The notes beneath the pieces are model-generated. The model worked only from the letters and a program-made list of their open reading frames with translations, was not told the DNA's origin and did not search any database. The position numbers and the translations under genes are program-made. A stretch of 64,000 nt of DNA from a virus. The stretch lies in IMG/VR virus record IMGVR_UViG_3300032050_000011; one strand, 5' to 3'. Every line of letters starts with the position of its first letter. The stretch's first letter is position 1. This document shows, in pieces, positions 1-9,638 of the stretch.

Positions 1-42
1 GCGGACGCCTATACTCTTTTGTTAATAAACTAGGTGTGTTAG

Positions 43-147
43 ATGACGACTCTATTTAACGATGAGTTGGTTGATCTAGCACTAGTTCTGCTAAAGCTAG
101 ACATTATAACTTTCGAAGAATACTGGCATAACTTTAACATATATTAA
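43..147 (+). CDS. 34-aa microprotein (KLDIITFEE family)
   Basis: Manual translation MTTLFNDELVDLALVLLKLDIITFEEYWHNFNIY; shares KLDIITFEE with 2946..3065. Confidence 0.5.
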   Translation: MTTLFNDELVDLALVLLKLDIITFEEYWHNFNIY

Positions 148-316
148 GAGGCAATAATGAACAGTAATCAGATCTTCTATTTTGTCCTACTTATATTAAA
201 TGCTATAACTGCAACAACAACAGATATCATTTTATTACGCTTTATAACTCTAATTTTTGTTGGTTTTTGCGCTGCAATGATTTCTTTAGAAAGAAAGTCA
301 GATGATAGCTAGCCTT

Positions 317-330
317 AACAGAATCGATAT
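317..330 (+). promoter_or_regulatory. class A phage promoter motif (AACAGAATCGATAT)
   Basis: One of 11 copies of AACAGWTTCGATAW-like motif lying just upstream of + strand starts. Confidence 0.7.
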
Positions 331-446
331 AATCATATGAAAAAGGGGAAAATATGGATGACAATCGACTTGGTGTGTACATTTGGACTATATTAAATGG
401 CTGTGTAGTTCTTTATTTTATTAGAATTTTTAGCTAAGGAGGCATT

Positions 447-605
447 ATGTTAGTTTTTTCAGATGGAATGACTTTTGATACTTCTGGTGATCTAAGGATT
501 ATTTGGGAAAAAGATGGCTTATATGTGTGTGGCAAGGGCATTCTAGTTCCTGTTGGTACCTACGACGAAGCACTACTAGTAATTGAAAGACTGGAATTTG
601 CATAG
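447..605 (+). CDS. hypothetical protein, 52 aa
   Basis: AGGAGG RBS then ATG; MLVFSDGMTFDTSGDLRIIWEKDGLYVCGKG... Confidence 0.65.
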   Translation: MLVFSDGMTFDTSGDLRIIWEKDGLYVCGKGILVPVGTYDEALLVIERLEFA

Positions 606-619
606 ATAAAAGGACTAAA

Positions 620-1102
620 ATGGATGATTTAAAGCTGATAAACGCTAGACTTCAAGAGCTGAATAAAGAGTTCAGAGAGCTTTCTGCTCTGAAGAAAGAA
701 CTTCAAGATAAAAGTAAGGCCCAGACAGTAAAAGAGAAGTACGGCGATTTTAAGTTTATGATTAAGTCGCCAACATTAATTGAAGAAATAGACTTTGAAA
801 AGCTTATGAAAGAGGCTGACTTACAGGTAGGTAGAAATGAGTTTGGACTTCCTGTCATTGCTTATGATTTTGGTAACGGCTTATCTTATCTATCAATTGT
901 AAGAGATGAAAAAGAAGCAAAAGTGAGATTAGCAGTAGATGAGCTGCTTAAGATAGCTGACGCAGCAAAAGAAGATTTTAAGCTGAACAACAACAAGATA
1001 ACTGAGGCAACTGAGTTGTTTGTTAAGTTTGAGGAGGCGCTTGAATTCAACAGCAACGAAATTACGCGAGTTGTTACAGATTCAGAAAACCTATCTGAGT
1101 AA
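620..1102 (+). CDS. hypothetical protein (coiled-coil N-terminus)
   Basis: 160-aa ORF with AAGGA RBS. Confidence 0.75.
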   Translation: MDDLKLINARLQELNKEFRELSALKKELQDKSKAQTVKEKYGDFKFMIKSPTLIEEIDFEKLMKEADLQVGRNEFGLPVIAYDFGNGLSYLSIVRDEKEAKVRLAVDELLKIADAAKEDFKLNNNKITEATELFVKFEEALEFNSNEITRVVTDSENLSE

Positions 1103-1270
1103 TATCTGTCAGCAGCTGCGCAAACCTGAATATCAAAACGATGCTATGAATAGCTTAAAGAAGTCAGTAGAGACTGAGCTGGAGTCTCTTTCCTTTCAGC
1201 TTACATGGGCAGAGTCTGATATGCGCGGTGAACTTATAATGATTTTGACCAAATTGAAAATATGGACCTA

Positions 1271-1284
1271 AACCGATTCGATAT
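1271..1284 (+). promoter_or_regulatory. class A promoter motif (AACCGATTCGATAT)
   Basis: Motif copy 25 nt upstream of ATG 1310. Confidence 0.7.
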
Positions 1285-1309
1285 TTTGACAACATCATAA
1301 GGGGGTTTT

Positions 1310-1540
1310 ATGATTAAGTGGTATGCAACAGAAGAACAAAAAAGAATTGCGGCTCTTAAACTCGAATCAACTGATTCTTTTCTAGCGCGTGGTGGAAAAA
1401 TTGAAGTTATTGGCTCAATGACTGAAGCAAAATCAAAGAAAATCGATGCACAAAAATTGCTCGATAAAGTAGTAGGCACTAAGCATGAAAAAGAAGTAAT
1501 GGCCTTGTTAAGATCACAGGGCATACAGGTGGAGGAGTAA
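1310..1540 (+). CDS. SutA-like RNA polymerase-binding protein (putative)
   Basis: DSFLARGGKIEVI resembles the SutA RNAP-binding core (EEFLSRGGKVQEI); paralogue at 22488. Confidence 0.5.
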   Translation: MIKWYATEEQKRIAALKLESTDSFLARGGKIEVIGSMTEAKSKKIDAQKLLDKVVGTKHEKEVMALLRSQGIQVEE

Positions 1541-1752
1541 TGGAAAATATAGATAGCTTAATTAAAGAAAAGAAAGTCCGTCAGCTAAGAATTGAACTGG
1601 ACTACACAAAGGAGAGCATACTTAGCCTTCTAGCTTCGCTGCAAAATCAAAATATAGTAGGCTCTCCAGCGCTAATCAGTTCACTAACTGATTCACTTGT
1701 TAAGGTTAGCTCTGTAAAGTCAGAATTGGATGATAAAATACTTCACTTTTAA
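1540..1752 (+). CDS. hypothetical protein
   Basis: GGAGG RBS, TAATG coupling to the upstream gene. Confidence 0.7.
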   Translation: MENIDSLIKEKKVRQLRIELDYTKESILSLLASLQNQNIVGSPALISSLTDSLVKVSSVKSELDDKILHF

Positions 1753-1761
1753 AGGAGTCGT

Positions 1762-2073
1762 ATGAGCATTAACGAAGACGCAATTATTTGCACTTATAAT
1801 GGCTATCATTTAATAGAGGAGAAAGAGTACGAAGAGGACAACATAAAGAACTTTCATTTAGTATACGATGGCGACAAGTACGTCGGTATGATGCCATACT
1901 CTCCATATAACAGACCGAGTGGTGCAGTGTTTAAGATGTGGATTGACTGCGGCAGGCCTTCATATGAAGATATGCATGGTCAAAACGATAAGGCTATTCA
2001 TAGATACTACACTCAATGGCTAGATAGACAAATAGATAAACTATTAGTAGAAGAGATGACAAATGCGCTTTGA
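1762..2073 (+). CDS. hypothetical protein
   Basis: AGGAG RBS, 103 aa. Confidence 0.75.
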   Translation: MSINEDAIICTYNGYHLIEEKEYEEDNIKNFHLVYDGDKYVGMMPYSPYNRPSGAVFKMWIDCGRPSYEDMHGQNDKAIHRYYTQWLDRQIDKLLVEEMTNAL

Positions 2074-2251
2074 AGAACATCCGACCTGGCGAATGCTAGA
2101 AGAAGGCAAGCAGTACTTCAAGTTTCTTGAAGAAACTACTATTTCTGCAGACCTTGCTTCTACTGCTCGCCAGGCAATGACGTCGCTATACAGTCTTCAG
2201 CTTGAGGTTGAAAATCAACTTACTAATCAGGAGGACGAGGGTGAACAGTGA
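2063..2251 (+). CDS. hypothetical protein
   Basis: Overlapping operon-style ORF. Confidence 0.6.
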   Translation: MRFEEHPTWRMLEEGKQYFKFLEETTISADLASTARQAMTSLYSLQLEVENQLTNQEDEGEQ

Positions 2252-2639
2252 TGCGATTAGATTATTTAAACTAATACAAGAGCGCAACGCCCTAGCGTTT
2301 GACAGAAGTCGCAAGCGATCTAAGGCTGGTAGACTAAGAGATAAGTTTAAAAAAACAGATTCTTTATCAAAAGAGCTTATTAAAGAATTTAACTTAGCAT
2401 TTACAGGCTATAAAAATGCCTGCAAAAAACTTGCAACATTTACTAAAAAGCACAGAAAATTCAGAAATTATGCTAAAAGTAAGTATCTAACAAGGCAAAA
2501 AACTGATGCGTCAAACCACATAGTGGGAATCTCGCTTATGCTAGATGGTCAACGAAATTTTTTTAGTATTAAAGCCATTGAGACGTGTTTGCAAGAAGTA
2601 GAGATTGAGCAGATCTTACTAGGGTTACCTCAGATATGA
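2241..2639 (+). CDS. basic hypothetical protein
   Basis: ORF 2202..2639; GTG at 2241 follows a GGAGG RBS. Confidence 0.65.
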   Translation: MNSDAIRLFKLIQERNALAFDRSRKRSKAGRLRDKFKKTDSLSKELIKEFNLAFTGYKNACKKLATFTKKHRKFRNYAKSKYLTRQKTDASNHIVGISLMLDGQRNFFSIKAIETCLQEVEIEQILLGLPQI

Positions 2640-2974
2640 GAATATTAGCAATAGACGACACACGTGAACTCACTGAGGCTCATGTGCTGGTAAGAAATTT
2701 TAATGAAGGCATAAGGCAGCTAGAGCGAAATGGTCCATGGGATCTGCTACTACTTGATCATGATCTGGCTTCTTTTGATTCAGATGGCAGAGAAAAAACA
2801 GGCTATGATATCATGTGCTTTTTAGAAGAAAATCTGCACCTTGCTCCTAAAAAGATCGAGTGTGTTAGCGCTAATCCAGTAGGCAGATCAAGAATTACAG
2901 CTATGATAGTGAGGTTAAATGAAAAAATTAAACAGGCATCAGGCGATGGCGACAATATACAGGATATTCTATAA
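2636..2974 (+). CDS. cyclic-phosphate-processing receiver (cREC)-like domain protein
   Basis: RILAIDD, LLLDHDL, TGYD, SANPVG motifs. Confidence 0.65.
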   Translation: MRILAIDDTRELTEAHVLVRNFNEGIRQLERNGPWDLLLLDHDLASFDSDGREKTGYDIMCFLEENLHLAPKKIECVSANPVGRSRITAMIVRLNEKIKQASGDGDNIQDIL

Positions 2975-3065
2975 ATTAGATATTATAACTTTTGAAGAAC
3001 TAGACACGAGTGTAGATGGACTTCAAGTACTCATGCTGCATGACTGGTTCAAAGGAGATAGCTAG
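2946..3065 (+). CDS. 39-aa microprotein (KLDIITFEE family)
   Basis: MATIYRIFYKLDIITFEELDTSVDGLQVLMLHDWFKGDS; fills the gap to 3065. Confidence 0.5.
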   Translation: MATIYRIFYKLDIITFEELDTSVDGLQVLMLHDWFKGDS

Positions 3066-3316
3066 TGTTTTCACTTATTTTTCTAGCTGCTACAATTATT
3101 TATTTTTTTAAGTTTCATCATAAAGTATTGGATAGGCTTGGACTATCTGAACGAGATGATAATCTTATGGCCATTGGACTATTTTCAGGTGTAGTGCTTA
3201 GAAACGCCGCTATATTTCTTGAAGCCTTATTTGTCAGTGGCACAATATTTATGGGTGAACTATTAATTGCTCTTATCTTTATTTTTCTAATAAAGTCTAG
3301 ATACGATAAGTTATAA
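3065..3316 (+). CDS. small membrane protein
   Basis: Three hydrophobic segments. Confidence 0.6.
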   Translation: MFSLIFLAATIIYFFKFHHKVLDRLGLSERDDNLMAIGLFSGVVLRNAAIFLEALFVSGTIFMGELLIALIFIFLIKSRYDKL

Positions 3317-3361
3317 TATAACAGGCTCGATTTCATATCATGAAAAACAAAAGGGGTTTGT

Positions 3362-3592
3362 ATGTTTAGAACAGAAGTCGGTGAGTATAAAGGCCATAAG
3401 ACTATCTCCATATTTAATGATGATAAGTTTGTTGTTAGTTTTGGGATTAGCAAGGCGAAAGCAATACTAGAGGTTTTAGACGACGTAAAAGAGTTTGTCG
3501 AAAAAAATCAAACTAATAGTTCTTCAAAGATTAATTTTGATTCTCTTACTGAAGAGCAGAAAAAAGCCATTATGCAGTTCATAAAGGGTTAA
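3362..3592 (+). CDS. hypothetical protein (EYKG...SFGxxKAKAIL family)
   Basis: AGGGG RBS; degenerate class A motif at 3320-3333. Confidence 0.7.
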   Translation: MFRTEVGEYKGHKTISIFNDDKFVVSFGISKAKAILEVLDDVKEFVEKNQTNSSSKINFDSLTEEQKKAIMQFIKG

Positions 3593-3744
3593 TGTGAAGA
3601 AGAATGCTTTACTAAAAGTTTTAGCGGCACTCGTTGTACCAGGCGCAGTGCCGCTTGTAATTGCTTATTATGCTTATAAATTGATTAAGTATAAGAATAA
3701 ATGAAAGGACCGAATGTCTCGGTCTTAGCAACATAAGGATTTTT

Positions 3745-4257
3745 ATGGCCCAAAATCAGCGGGAAGCAACGTTTCAGGCAATCACTAGTGTGTTGGAAAA
3801 CAGCGGTGTGAGCTTTAATCCTGGTGAAGACGTCAAAAGTGTTATCACCTCAGATCACAAGAAAAAAGTAAGAGAAATTCTAATAACTGGTCTCAAAGAT
3901 GGATCAATAACTTCTTCTACAGAATTTGCAGGAAAGATGACTAGCGACGTAGATTATAGTAAGTATTGCAGCGGATTAATCTCTAACTGGATTAAGAAGG
4001 ATCCGCGCTTGAATGGCAATGTAAAGCATCAGAGCTCTAGTGGTTCAGGTAAATCTGTTTCTCGTGTAGGTAACGGCGATTCACAGGTAAAAGAGCTTCG
4101 TAAATTACTTAAAGCAACTGCAGGTACAGACTCCGAGCAAGAAGTTCAAGAAGCCCTTAATTCCAGACTAGAAGAGTTAAAGGTTGAAAAAACTTCAAAA
4201 GCAAAGAGCTCAATAGTCGCGGAATCTGTGCCTGAAAATCTTAGGCACTTAGTTTAA
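3745..4257 (+). CDS. hypothetical protein
   Basis: 170-aa ORF, AAGGA RBS. Confidence 0.75.
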   Translation: MAQNQREATFQAITSVLENSGVSFNPGEDVKSVITSDHKKKVREILITGLKDGSITSSTEFAGKMTSDVDYSKYCSGLISNWIKKDPRLNGNVKHQSSSGSGKSVSRVGNGDSQVKELRKLLKATAGTDSEQEVQEALNSRLEELKVEKTSKAKSSIVAESVPENLRHLV

Positions 4258-4323
4258 TATGGATCCCATAGTAAAAAATATAATAATACTATTGTTTTGT
4301 GTAACGCTTTTATCAGAGTTTAA

Positions 4324-4503
4324 ATGACCAGATGTGAAAAGCATCCTAAATTTAACGGTAAAAAAATGCCCAAGCATCAATGCTTGGGCTGTCTAAATCT
4401 ATACATTAAAATGCACAAATCGCCTAGAGCACCACATAAGCCCTCTAAAACTTTTAAGAGTGCTAAAACCTATACAAGAAAAACAAAATATAAAAAGGAC
4501 TAG
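4324..4503 (+). CDS. 59-aa basic protein with C/H zinc-type motif and YTRKTKYK tail
   Basis: Manual translation MTRCEKHPKFNGKKMPKHQCLGC...FKSAKTYTRKTKYKKD. Confidence 0.55.
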   Translation: MTRCEKHPKFNGKKMPKHQCLGCLNLYIKMHKSPRAPHKPSKTFKSAKTYTRKTKYKKD

Positions 4504-4507
4504 CGTT

Positions 4508-4990
4508 ATGGATCAAAGAGAGTACCTAGCTCTACGAGATAAGGGTAGAAAGCACATGATAACTACATTAAAATGTTTTGAGTTTTGGGGACAAAGAGTA
4601 GGCCGCATAAACGGCGACATTAAGAATAAGTGGAGCGAAGCAAGATGGTATGCAGACCTAGGCTCAAGTTCTTTATTTGAGTTATTGAATGTTGATGTAG
4701 TATATAAGTCTGATCCAGATAAAGGTTTTAGATATAGAGTGCTGGATACTGCCAATCGAATCTCAATAAATCTATTCTTATTTAGATATATGGTTATTCT
4801 ATATAAGTTGTTTTTTTATAATGTAGCATACACTGCGGCCATGCTTAAGAATCCAGAGCATGCTAGAGACATAGTGTTGTCCGCTGACCATAGAAATAAA
4901 ATTATACTAGCAAAACCTTTTATTTTTACAGTTAAAATTTATTACGGAGTTAGGCGGTGGATTGCCGGTAAAATTCAGCGGGGGCGCTGA
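4508..4990 (+). CDS. hypothetical protein
   Basis: ORF 4460..4990; ATG 4508 follows AAGGA and the stop of the preceding small ORF. Confidence 0.65.
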   Translation: MDQREYLALRDKGRKHMITTLKCFEFWGQRVGRINGDIKNKWSEARWYADLGSSSLFELLNVDVVYKSDPDKGFRYRVLDTANRISINLFLFRYMVILYKLFFYNVAYTAAMLKNPEHARDIVLSADHRNKIILAKPFIFTVKIYYGVRRWIAGKIQRGR

Positions 4991-5021
4991 CACTGCTACG
5001 CCGAATACCGCTATAGGCTAC

Positions 5022-5035
5022 AACAGAATCGATAT
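5022..5035 (+). promoter_or_regulatory. class A promoter motif (AACAGAATCGATAT)
   Basis: Upstream of ATG 5054. Confidence 0.7.
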
Positions 5036-5053
5036 ATTTCTAAAAGGATAACT

Positions 5054-5539
5054 ATGAGTAAATTTGTTGGAATCAAAAAAGGTGACATTGTTCGTGTAAA
5101 GTTCATTGAGATGCGCGATCTTGTTGGCGTCAAAGGTACGAATAAAAGAAGACAAAGCTATCAGCTTGTAGGTGAATGGGAACTCGGAGCTAACATACTT
5201 GCCTTTACCTATGGCGGAGACTTTCTAGTTAAGAAAGACTTTCCTGACAACGCTAGTCCTCAAGAAACGCTTGAGCTACTTAACCATCTTGATGGTGGCG
5301 AATTTGACATACCTCAAGATATAGTAGCAGCTATTGATGTTATAGATGCTGCTTATAAGTTTGTAAGCGAAGACCATAAGATCTGCATGATCATGTCCGA
5401 CAGTGAATTGCTTATAAATGGAGAAAAACTTACCAATACAGGCGATGAAAAGCATCTAGATTTATTTGTCGAATTCGTAGAACGATATTTAACTAGTAAA
5501 GCGATAAATGATTCGCTTAAAAAGGAGAAGGATGTTTAA
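5054..5539 (+). CDS. hypothetical protein, paralogue of 33391..33933
   Basis: Shared GIKKxDIVRxKF, GGDFLV, NHLD and ELxING motifs. Confidence 0.75.
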   Translation: MSKFVGIKKGDIVRVKFIEMRDLVGVKGTNKRRQSYQLVGEWELGANILAFTYGGDFLVKKDFPDNASPQETLELLNHLDGGEFDIPQDIVAAIDVIDAAYKFVSEDHKICMIMSDSELLINGEKLTNTGDEKHLDLFVEFVERYLTSKAINDSLKKEKDV

Positions 5540-5543
5540 GGTA

Positions 5544-5873
5544 CTATTTATATTCTTTATTCTTACAACCGGAAGCGTCGCTGGTGCAGCTATTATGGCA
5601 GCTATGATTTCTATCTCCGTATATTCCAATATTGACAGCACCCTTGATAAGCTCAGGAGTAACAGGTTCGTTGAACGGTTCATTAAGCCTATCTGGGCAT
5701 AGCTTGCTATATATTCTAGCTGTAGAAACAGAGCGCAGCTCCATGTAGCCGCAGCTCCTGCACTTCATCCAGTCCCGCGAATACTCGCTCATCCAGTGAG
5801 ATGAGAAAGTATAACCTTTACATAAAGGGCAAAGATTCATGAATGATTGCATATCATGGTCACTATAAGTCAT
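5544..5873 (-). CDS. zinc-ribbon protein (CPLC...CRSC)
   Basis: Two CxxC; GTATAAT 7 nt upstream of ATG 5873; C-terminal part overlaps a + strand membrane ORF. Confidence 0.5.
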   Translation of the reverse strand: MTYSDHDMQSFMNLCPLCKGYTFSSHWMSEYSRDWMKCRSCGYMELRSVSTARIYSKLCPDRLNEPFNEPVTPELIKGAVNIGIYGDRNHSCHNSCTSDASGCKNKEYK

Positions 5874-5949
5874 GTAAAACATTATACTTTGTAATAGGGC
5901 TTACTTGACTAAATATATGATATAATTAAGTTATTATAACTTCTTAAAA

Positions 5950-6348
5950 GTGGGGGTTATGGGACGTGGCAAGAAAGATTCACCAGAAGACTGGAAAAGA
6001 TACAAGAAGCTGGAGCAAGAGAACGAAAAATTAAAAAGAGAAGTTACAAAACTTAGAAAATTAGTAAATTCAAATTGCATAGACCAGCTTGAAGAAAGAG
6101 AAGAGAAGGTAAAGGAAAGTCGCAGTAGAGGTATTGAGATTGAGCCTATAGAGCCTATATGTGAAAATTGTGGCAAAACAGAGTTTAAAAAGATTCAATT
6201 TAAAAGACTAGACGGTGAGTTTGAAATAAAAGTTTGTGCTGTCTGCTCTTACAGAGGTAATCTAAAAAAACTTAAGGTAAAAGATGAGCAAAGAAGTCTT
6301 AAAGATATCAAGCAACGGCCAATGGACTCTGGAGAAGAGCCTCAATAA
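5950..6348 (+). CDS. coiled-coil + zinc-ribbon protein
   Basis: CENC...CAVC. Confidence 0.65.
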   Translation: MGVMGRGKKDSPEDWKRYKKLEQENEKLKREVTKLRKLVNSNCIDQLEEREEKVKESRSRGIEIEPIEPICENCGKTEFKKIQFKRLDGEFEIKVCAVCSYRGNLKKLKVKDEQRSLKDIKQRPMDSGEEPQ

Positions 6349-6907
6349 GGCTTCACTGTTTACTGCAGCTGCACTAGCGGGCATGCTGTCGCAGGATCCA
6401 GGTCAACTAAACACACAGAAAATTCCCTACGCTCCGCAAGATAGCAGTTCAAACGAGCAGGTGAGCCTTCATCCAGATCTTCATCACATTGCTTTCATAG
6501 AAAGTTCTAGTGGTAAAAACAAGAAACATAAGACGGTAAACTACGGATTGAATAGAGGTGATTCAGCTGCTGGCCTAACAGGTCTAATGCCTCATACTAT
6601 TAAAGAGATAGTCGGAAAAAACCCCGACATCAAAGCTAAGTATGGGTCACTCTTAGATAAAGATCATAATGAGATAACCTCATATGTAAACTCGAATGAA
6701 AACGCAGACAAAGAGCTTGCCAACAAACACTGGAGCAGGCTGTCTAGAGTCTTTCCAAGAGATGAACTAAGACGCGTCTATGCCTGGAAGAACGGCGTGA
6801 CGGGCGCAATTAAAGCATCGGATGACCAGGTAAAAAGCCATCCGTATGTTAGAAAATATCTCAACTTAAAATATCAAGAAAGAAGTCCCGCAAATACTAT
6901 AAAATAG
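6284..6907 (+). CDS. lytic transglycosylase (SLT-like) with N-terminal leader
   Basis: IAFIESS (catalytic Glu), GLTGLMP, AWKNG, PYVRK motifs. Confidence 0.7.
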   Translation: MSKEVLKISSNGQWTLEKSLNKASLFTAAALAGMLSQDPGQLNTQKIPYAPQDSSSNEQVSLHPDLHHIAFIESSSGKNKKHKTVNYGLNRGDSAAGLTGLMPHTIKEIVGKNPDIKAKYGSLLDKDHNEITSYVNSNENADKELANKHWSRLSRVFPRDELRRVYAWKNGVTGAIKASDDQVKSHPYVRKYLNLKYQERSPANTIK

Positions 6908-6916
6908 TGCGAGAGA

Positions 6917-8626
6917 TTAACTCTCGCACGATTTACACTCATCGCCTCTACTAGCCATGTCCCCTTTTATAACCGAGCTAGATCTGCAATAATACAGAGT
7001 CTTTACACCGGCTTTCCAGGCATCTATATGTACTTCGTGGAACCATTTAGGATCCGCGTCTGCTGGAAAGAATAGGTTTAAAGACTGGGCTTGATCTATG
7101 AATTTTTGTCTTTGACCTGCTTGTCTAATGATAGATTTCTGATTTATCTCGTATGCAGTCTTAAATACTTCTTTCTCTGATTCAGATAGAAATTTTAACT
7201 GCTGAACCGAACCGTTGTCTACAAGTATTGATCTCCAGGTCTCGTCTGTGTTCTTGCCATATTTGTCTAGTATGACAGCAAGTTCTTTATTCTTTCTGAT
7301 GAATACGCCTTTAGCCGTTTTGTCTGTATAGGCATTTGCTATGATCGGCTCAATACCAGGACTCACATCGCCGGATATGATAGAGTTTGACCTAGTAGGA
7401 GCAACTGCAATAAGATGTGAGTTGTACATTCCAGTTCCTCTGCACCACTCAGGCTCGCCATGTATTTTTGCCATCTTGCGCGATTCATCAACAGCAGACT
7501 CATGTATGTTCTTAAAAACCTCTGCGTTTAGCATCATAGAGTCAAATGAATCAAATGGCAGATTCTTCTGCTGAAGCAGAGTATGCCAACCTAAAACACC
7601 TATGCCAATGGCTCTACCCTTGACGGCTGATCTCACCGAGCGCACGAAGCCTGGCAGATGTCTAGCTCTGTTGATGAACTCATTTAGTACACCATTTAAA
7701 AACTGGACCGTCAGGTTGACGAGATCAGTATTCTTCCACTCATCCCATTTGACTAGATTTATAGACGATAGGCAGCATATAAAACTGTGATCATCGTCTG
7801 TAAACAGAGTAATCTCACTGCAAATATTGGTCATTGATACTTTTAGATTATTATTCTTATAGGCTTGAGGAGCAGAGTTGTTGACTGTATCCTCAAACAT
7901 GATGTAGGGTTCGCCTGTTTCAAGTCTAGTTTTAAGCAGCTCGATCCAGCGTTGTCTTGCTTCTGAATTTCCGTTCTCTACCTTATTCATAAAATCATCT
8001 GAGACAACTGCACACTGATGCAGATTAAGACACTGCCTGTTTACATCACCTTGAGGTCGTCTAATCGACAGGAACTCTTCAAAATCTTTATGTGTAACTC
8101 TTAGGTTAAGAGAGGCTGCTCCGCGACGAACATTACCTTGTGAAGTAGCGATAATAGCTGTATCATAGCATTTTGCCCATGGCACTATACCCTCAGACTT
8201 TCCATTTGATCCGCCTCTAATTAACTCTCCGCGAGCTCTTATTCTATCTAGCGATATTCCTACTCCGCCACCATGCTTTGTAAGCATAGCCATCTCATGT
8301 AGTGATTTATAGATGCCATCTACAGAATCTGGTGTATCAATACCGAAGCAAGATATAGGAAGTCCTCTGTTAGTGCCGAGATTACTGAGCACCGGCGAAG
8401 CAGGGCAAAGCCAGTTCTTGTTGTACATTACGTCAAAAAACCTAGCCTCAAGCTGCTTGTTGTTTATGGCTTCTGCTGCAGCTCTAGCTACTCTTCTATA
8501 CATAGAGCGCGGAGTTTCGCCCTCTAGTAGATAGCCTTTTGAGATAGTAGCGTAGCCTTCTTCGGTCATCCAGTCTGGCGCTTCACCTTTTGATTTCAAC
8601 TCTTCTAGCTTAGTCGTTTTCTGCAT
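6917..8626 (-). CDS. nrdA: ribonucleotide reductase class I alpha subunit (no ATP cone)
   Basis: PISCF, TNICSEI, CCLSS, APTRSNS, LYYCR, C-terminal CKSC; ATG 8626 after GGAGG. Confidence 0.95.
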   Translation of the reverse strand: MQKTTKLEELKSKGEAPDWMTEEGYATISKGYLLEGETPRSMYRRVARAAAEAINNKQLEARFFDVMYNKNWLCPASPVLSNLGTNRGLPISCFGIDTPDSVDGIYKSLHEMAMLTKHGGGVGISLDRIRARGELIRGGSNGKSEGIVPWAKCYDTAIIATSQGNVRRGAASLNLRVTHKDFEEFLSIRRPQGDVNRQCLNLHQCAVVSDDFMNKVENGNSEARQRWIELLKTRLETGEPYIMFEDTVNNSAPQAYKNNNLKVSMTNICSEITLFTDDDHSFICCLSSINLVKWDEWKNTDLVNLTVQFLNGVLNEFINRARHLPGFVRSVRSAVKGRAIGIGVLGWHTLLQQKNLPFDSFDSMMLNAEVFKNIHESAVDESRKMAKIHGEPEWCRGTGMYNSHLIAVAPTRSNSIISGDVSPGIEPIIANAYTDKTAKGVFIRKNKELAVILDKYGKNTDETWRSILVDNGSVQQLKFLSESEKEVFKTAYEINQKSIIRQAGQRQKFIDQAQSLNLFFPADADPKWFHEVHIDAWKAGVKTLYYCRSSSVIKGDMASRGDECKSCES

Positions 8627-9638
8627 CGCTACCTCCAAATACATAGTCAATATTCCAATTAGAACTTACACCCTTAGAGTAAGTAGTAACTCTCTGTGCA
8701 AAGAAATCCTGAAACTCTACTCCAGCGCTGAGAGCGTCGAACCACTCCATGCGCTTTATTGCGTCCTTGTCTATATTCTTCCAGTTACTAGAGTAACCTA
8801 GATCCTGAAGCTTAGTGTTAGTTCTATATCTGATGTATTGCTTTAGGTCGTCTTTATCTAGACCCTCAACACCTAGGTTGAACATCTTATCTACTGATAC
8901 GTCGCCAGTAGGACTTTTGAAGCACATATCAATGAAGTCGTCTTCTAGCTTAACAGTAAGTCTTGCAGCCTCATAGATATCTTCTTCTACGGCCTCTTTG
9001 ACGCCTGGATTTTCTTTGCAGTATTCTCTGAATAACCAGCAACCAGCTTCACTATGAAGCGACTCGTCTCTAATAGACCAAGTTACTATTTGACCAACGC
9101 CTTTTAATTTATTAAAGCGAGAAAAGTTTAGTAGGATGGCAAAACTAGAGAACAAGTGTACGCCTTCTGTGAAGGCAGAAAATACAGCGAGTGATCTTGC
9201 TATCTCTTCTTTGCTTGTCTTTATTGCTTTAATATCTTTTAATCTATTTAATTTTGCAACCGTTGCGTCATCTTTAAGAAATGCTGCATAGTCGTCGAGA
9301 CCAAGAGAATCATTGAGATAAGAATAACCCCAGATATGTATCGCCTCCATGCCTGCAAAAGTATTTGCCATCATGCAAACTTCTGGTTTAACAAACCATT
9401 TAGCAACTTTTCTAGACCAATAGTCTTCTACATGAATTTCTGCTTGAGTAAAGCCTTTAAGGACGTTGCCAACAACCGATCTCTCTACTTCATTAAGAGA
9501 AGTTTTCCAATCGTTTATGTCCCCTGCCATACTTACTTCTGTTGGAAGCCAGTGAGCCTGCTGTTGTTTTTCAAAATACTCGAAGGCTTTTGGATACTCG
9601 AAAGGTTTATATACTTCTCGTTTCTGAGTAAGAGACAT
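8610..9638 (-). CDS. nrdB: ribonucleotide reductase class I beta subunit
   Basis: KPFEYP, HWLPTEV, EAIH..Y, TEG, DESLH, DFFAQRVTTY. Confidence 0.95.
   Translation of the reverse strand: MSLTQKREVYKPFEYPKAFEYFEKQQQAHWLPTEVSMAGDINDWKTSLNEVERSVVGNVLKGFTQAEIHVEDYWSRKVAKWFVKPEVCMMANTFAGMEAIHIWGYSYLNDSLGLDDYAAFLKDDATVAKLNRLKDIKAIKTSKEEIARSLAVFSAFTEGVHLFSSFAILLNFSRFNKLKGVGQIVTWSIRDESLHSEAGCWLFREYCKENPGVKEAVEEDIYEAARLTVKLEDDFIDMCFKSPTGDVSVDKMFNLGVEGLDKDDLKQYIRYRTNTKLQDLGYSSNWKNIDKDAIKRMEWFDALSAGVEFQDFFAQRVTTYSKGVSSNWNIDYVFGGSDAEND

Noticed and set aside
4951-5016. GC-rich foldable segment (TCAGCG-GGGG-CGCTGA) as tRNA or ncRNA
   Set aside because: No T-arm or D-arm consensus, overlaps a coding end, pairing is imperfect
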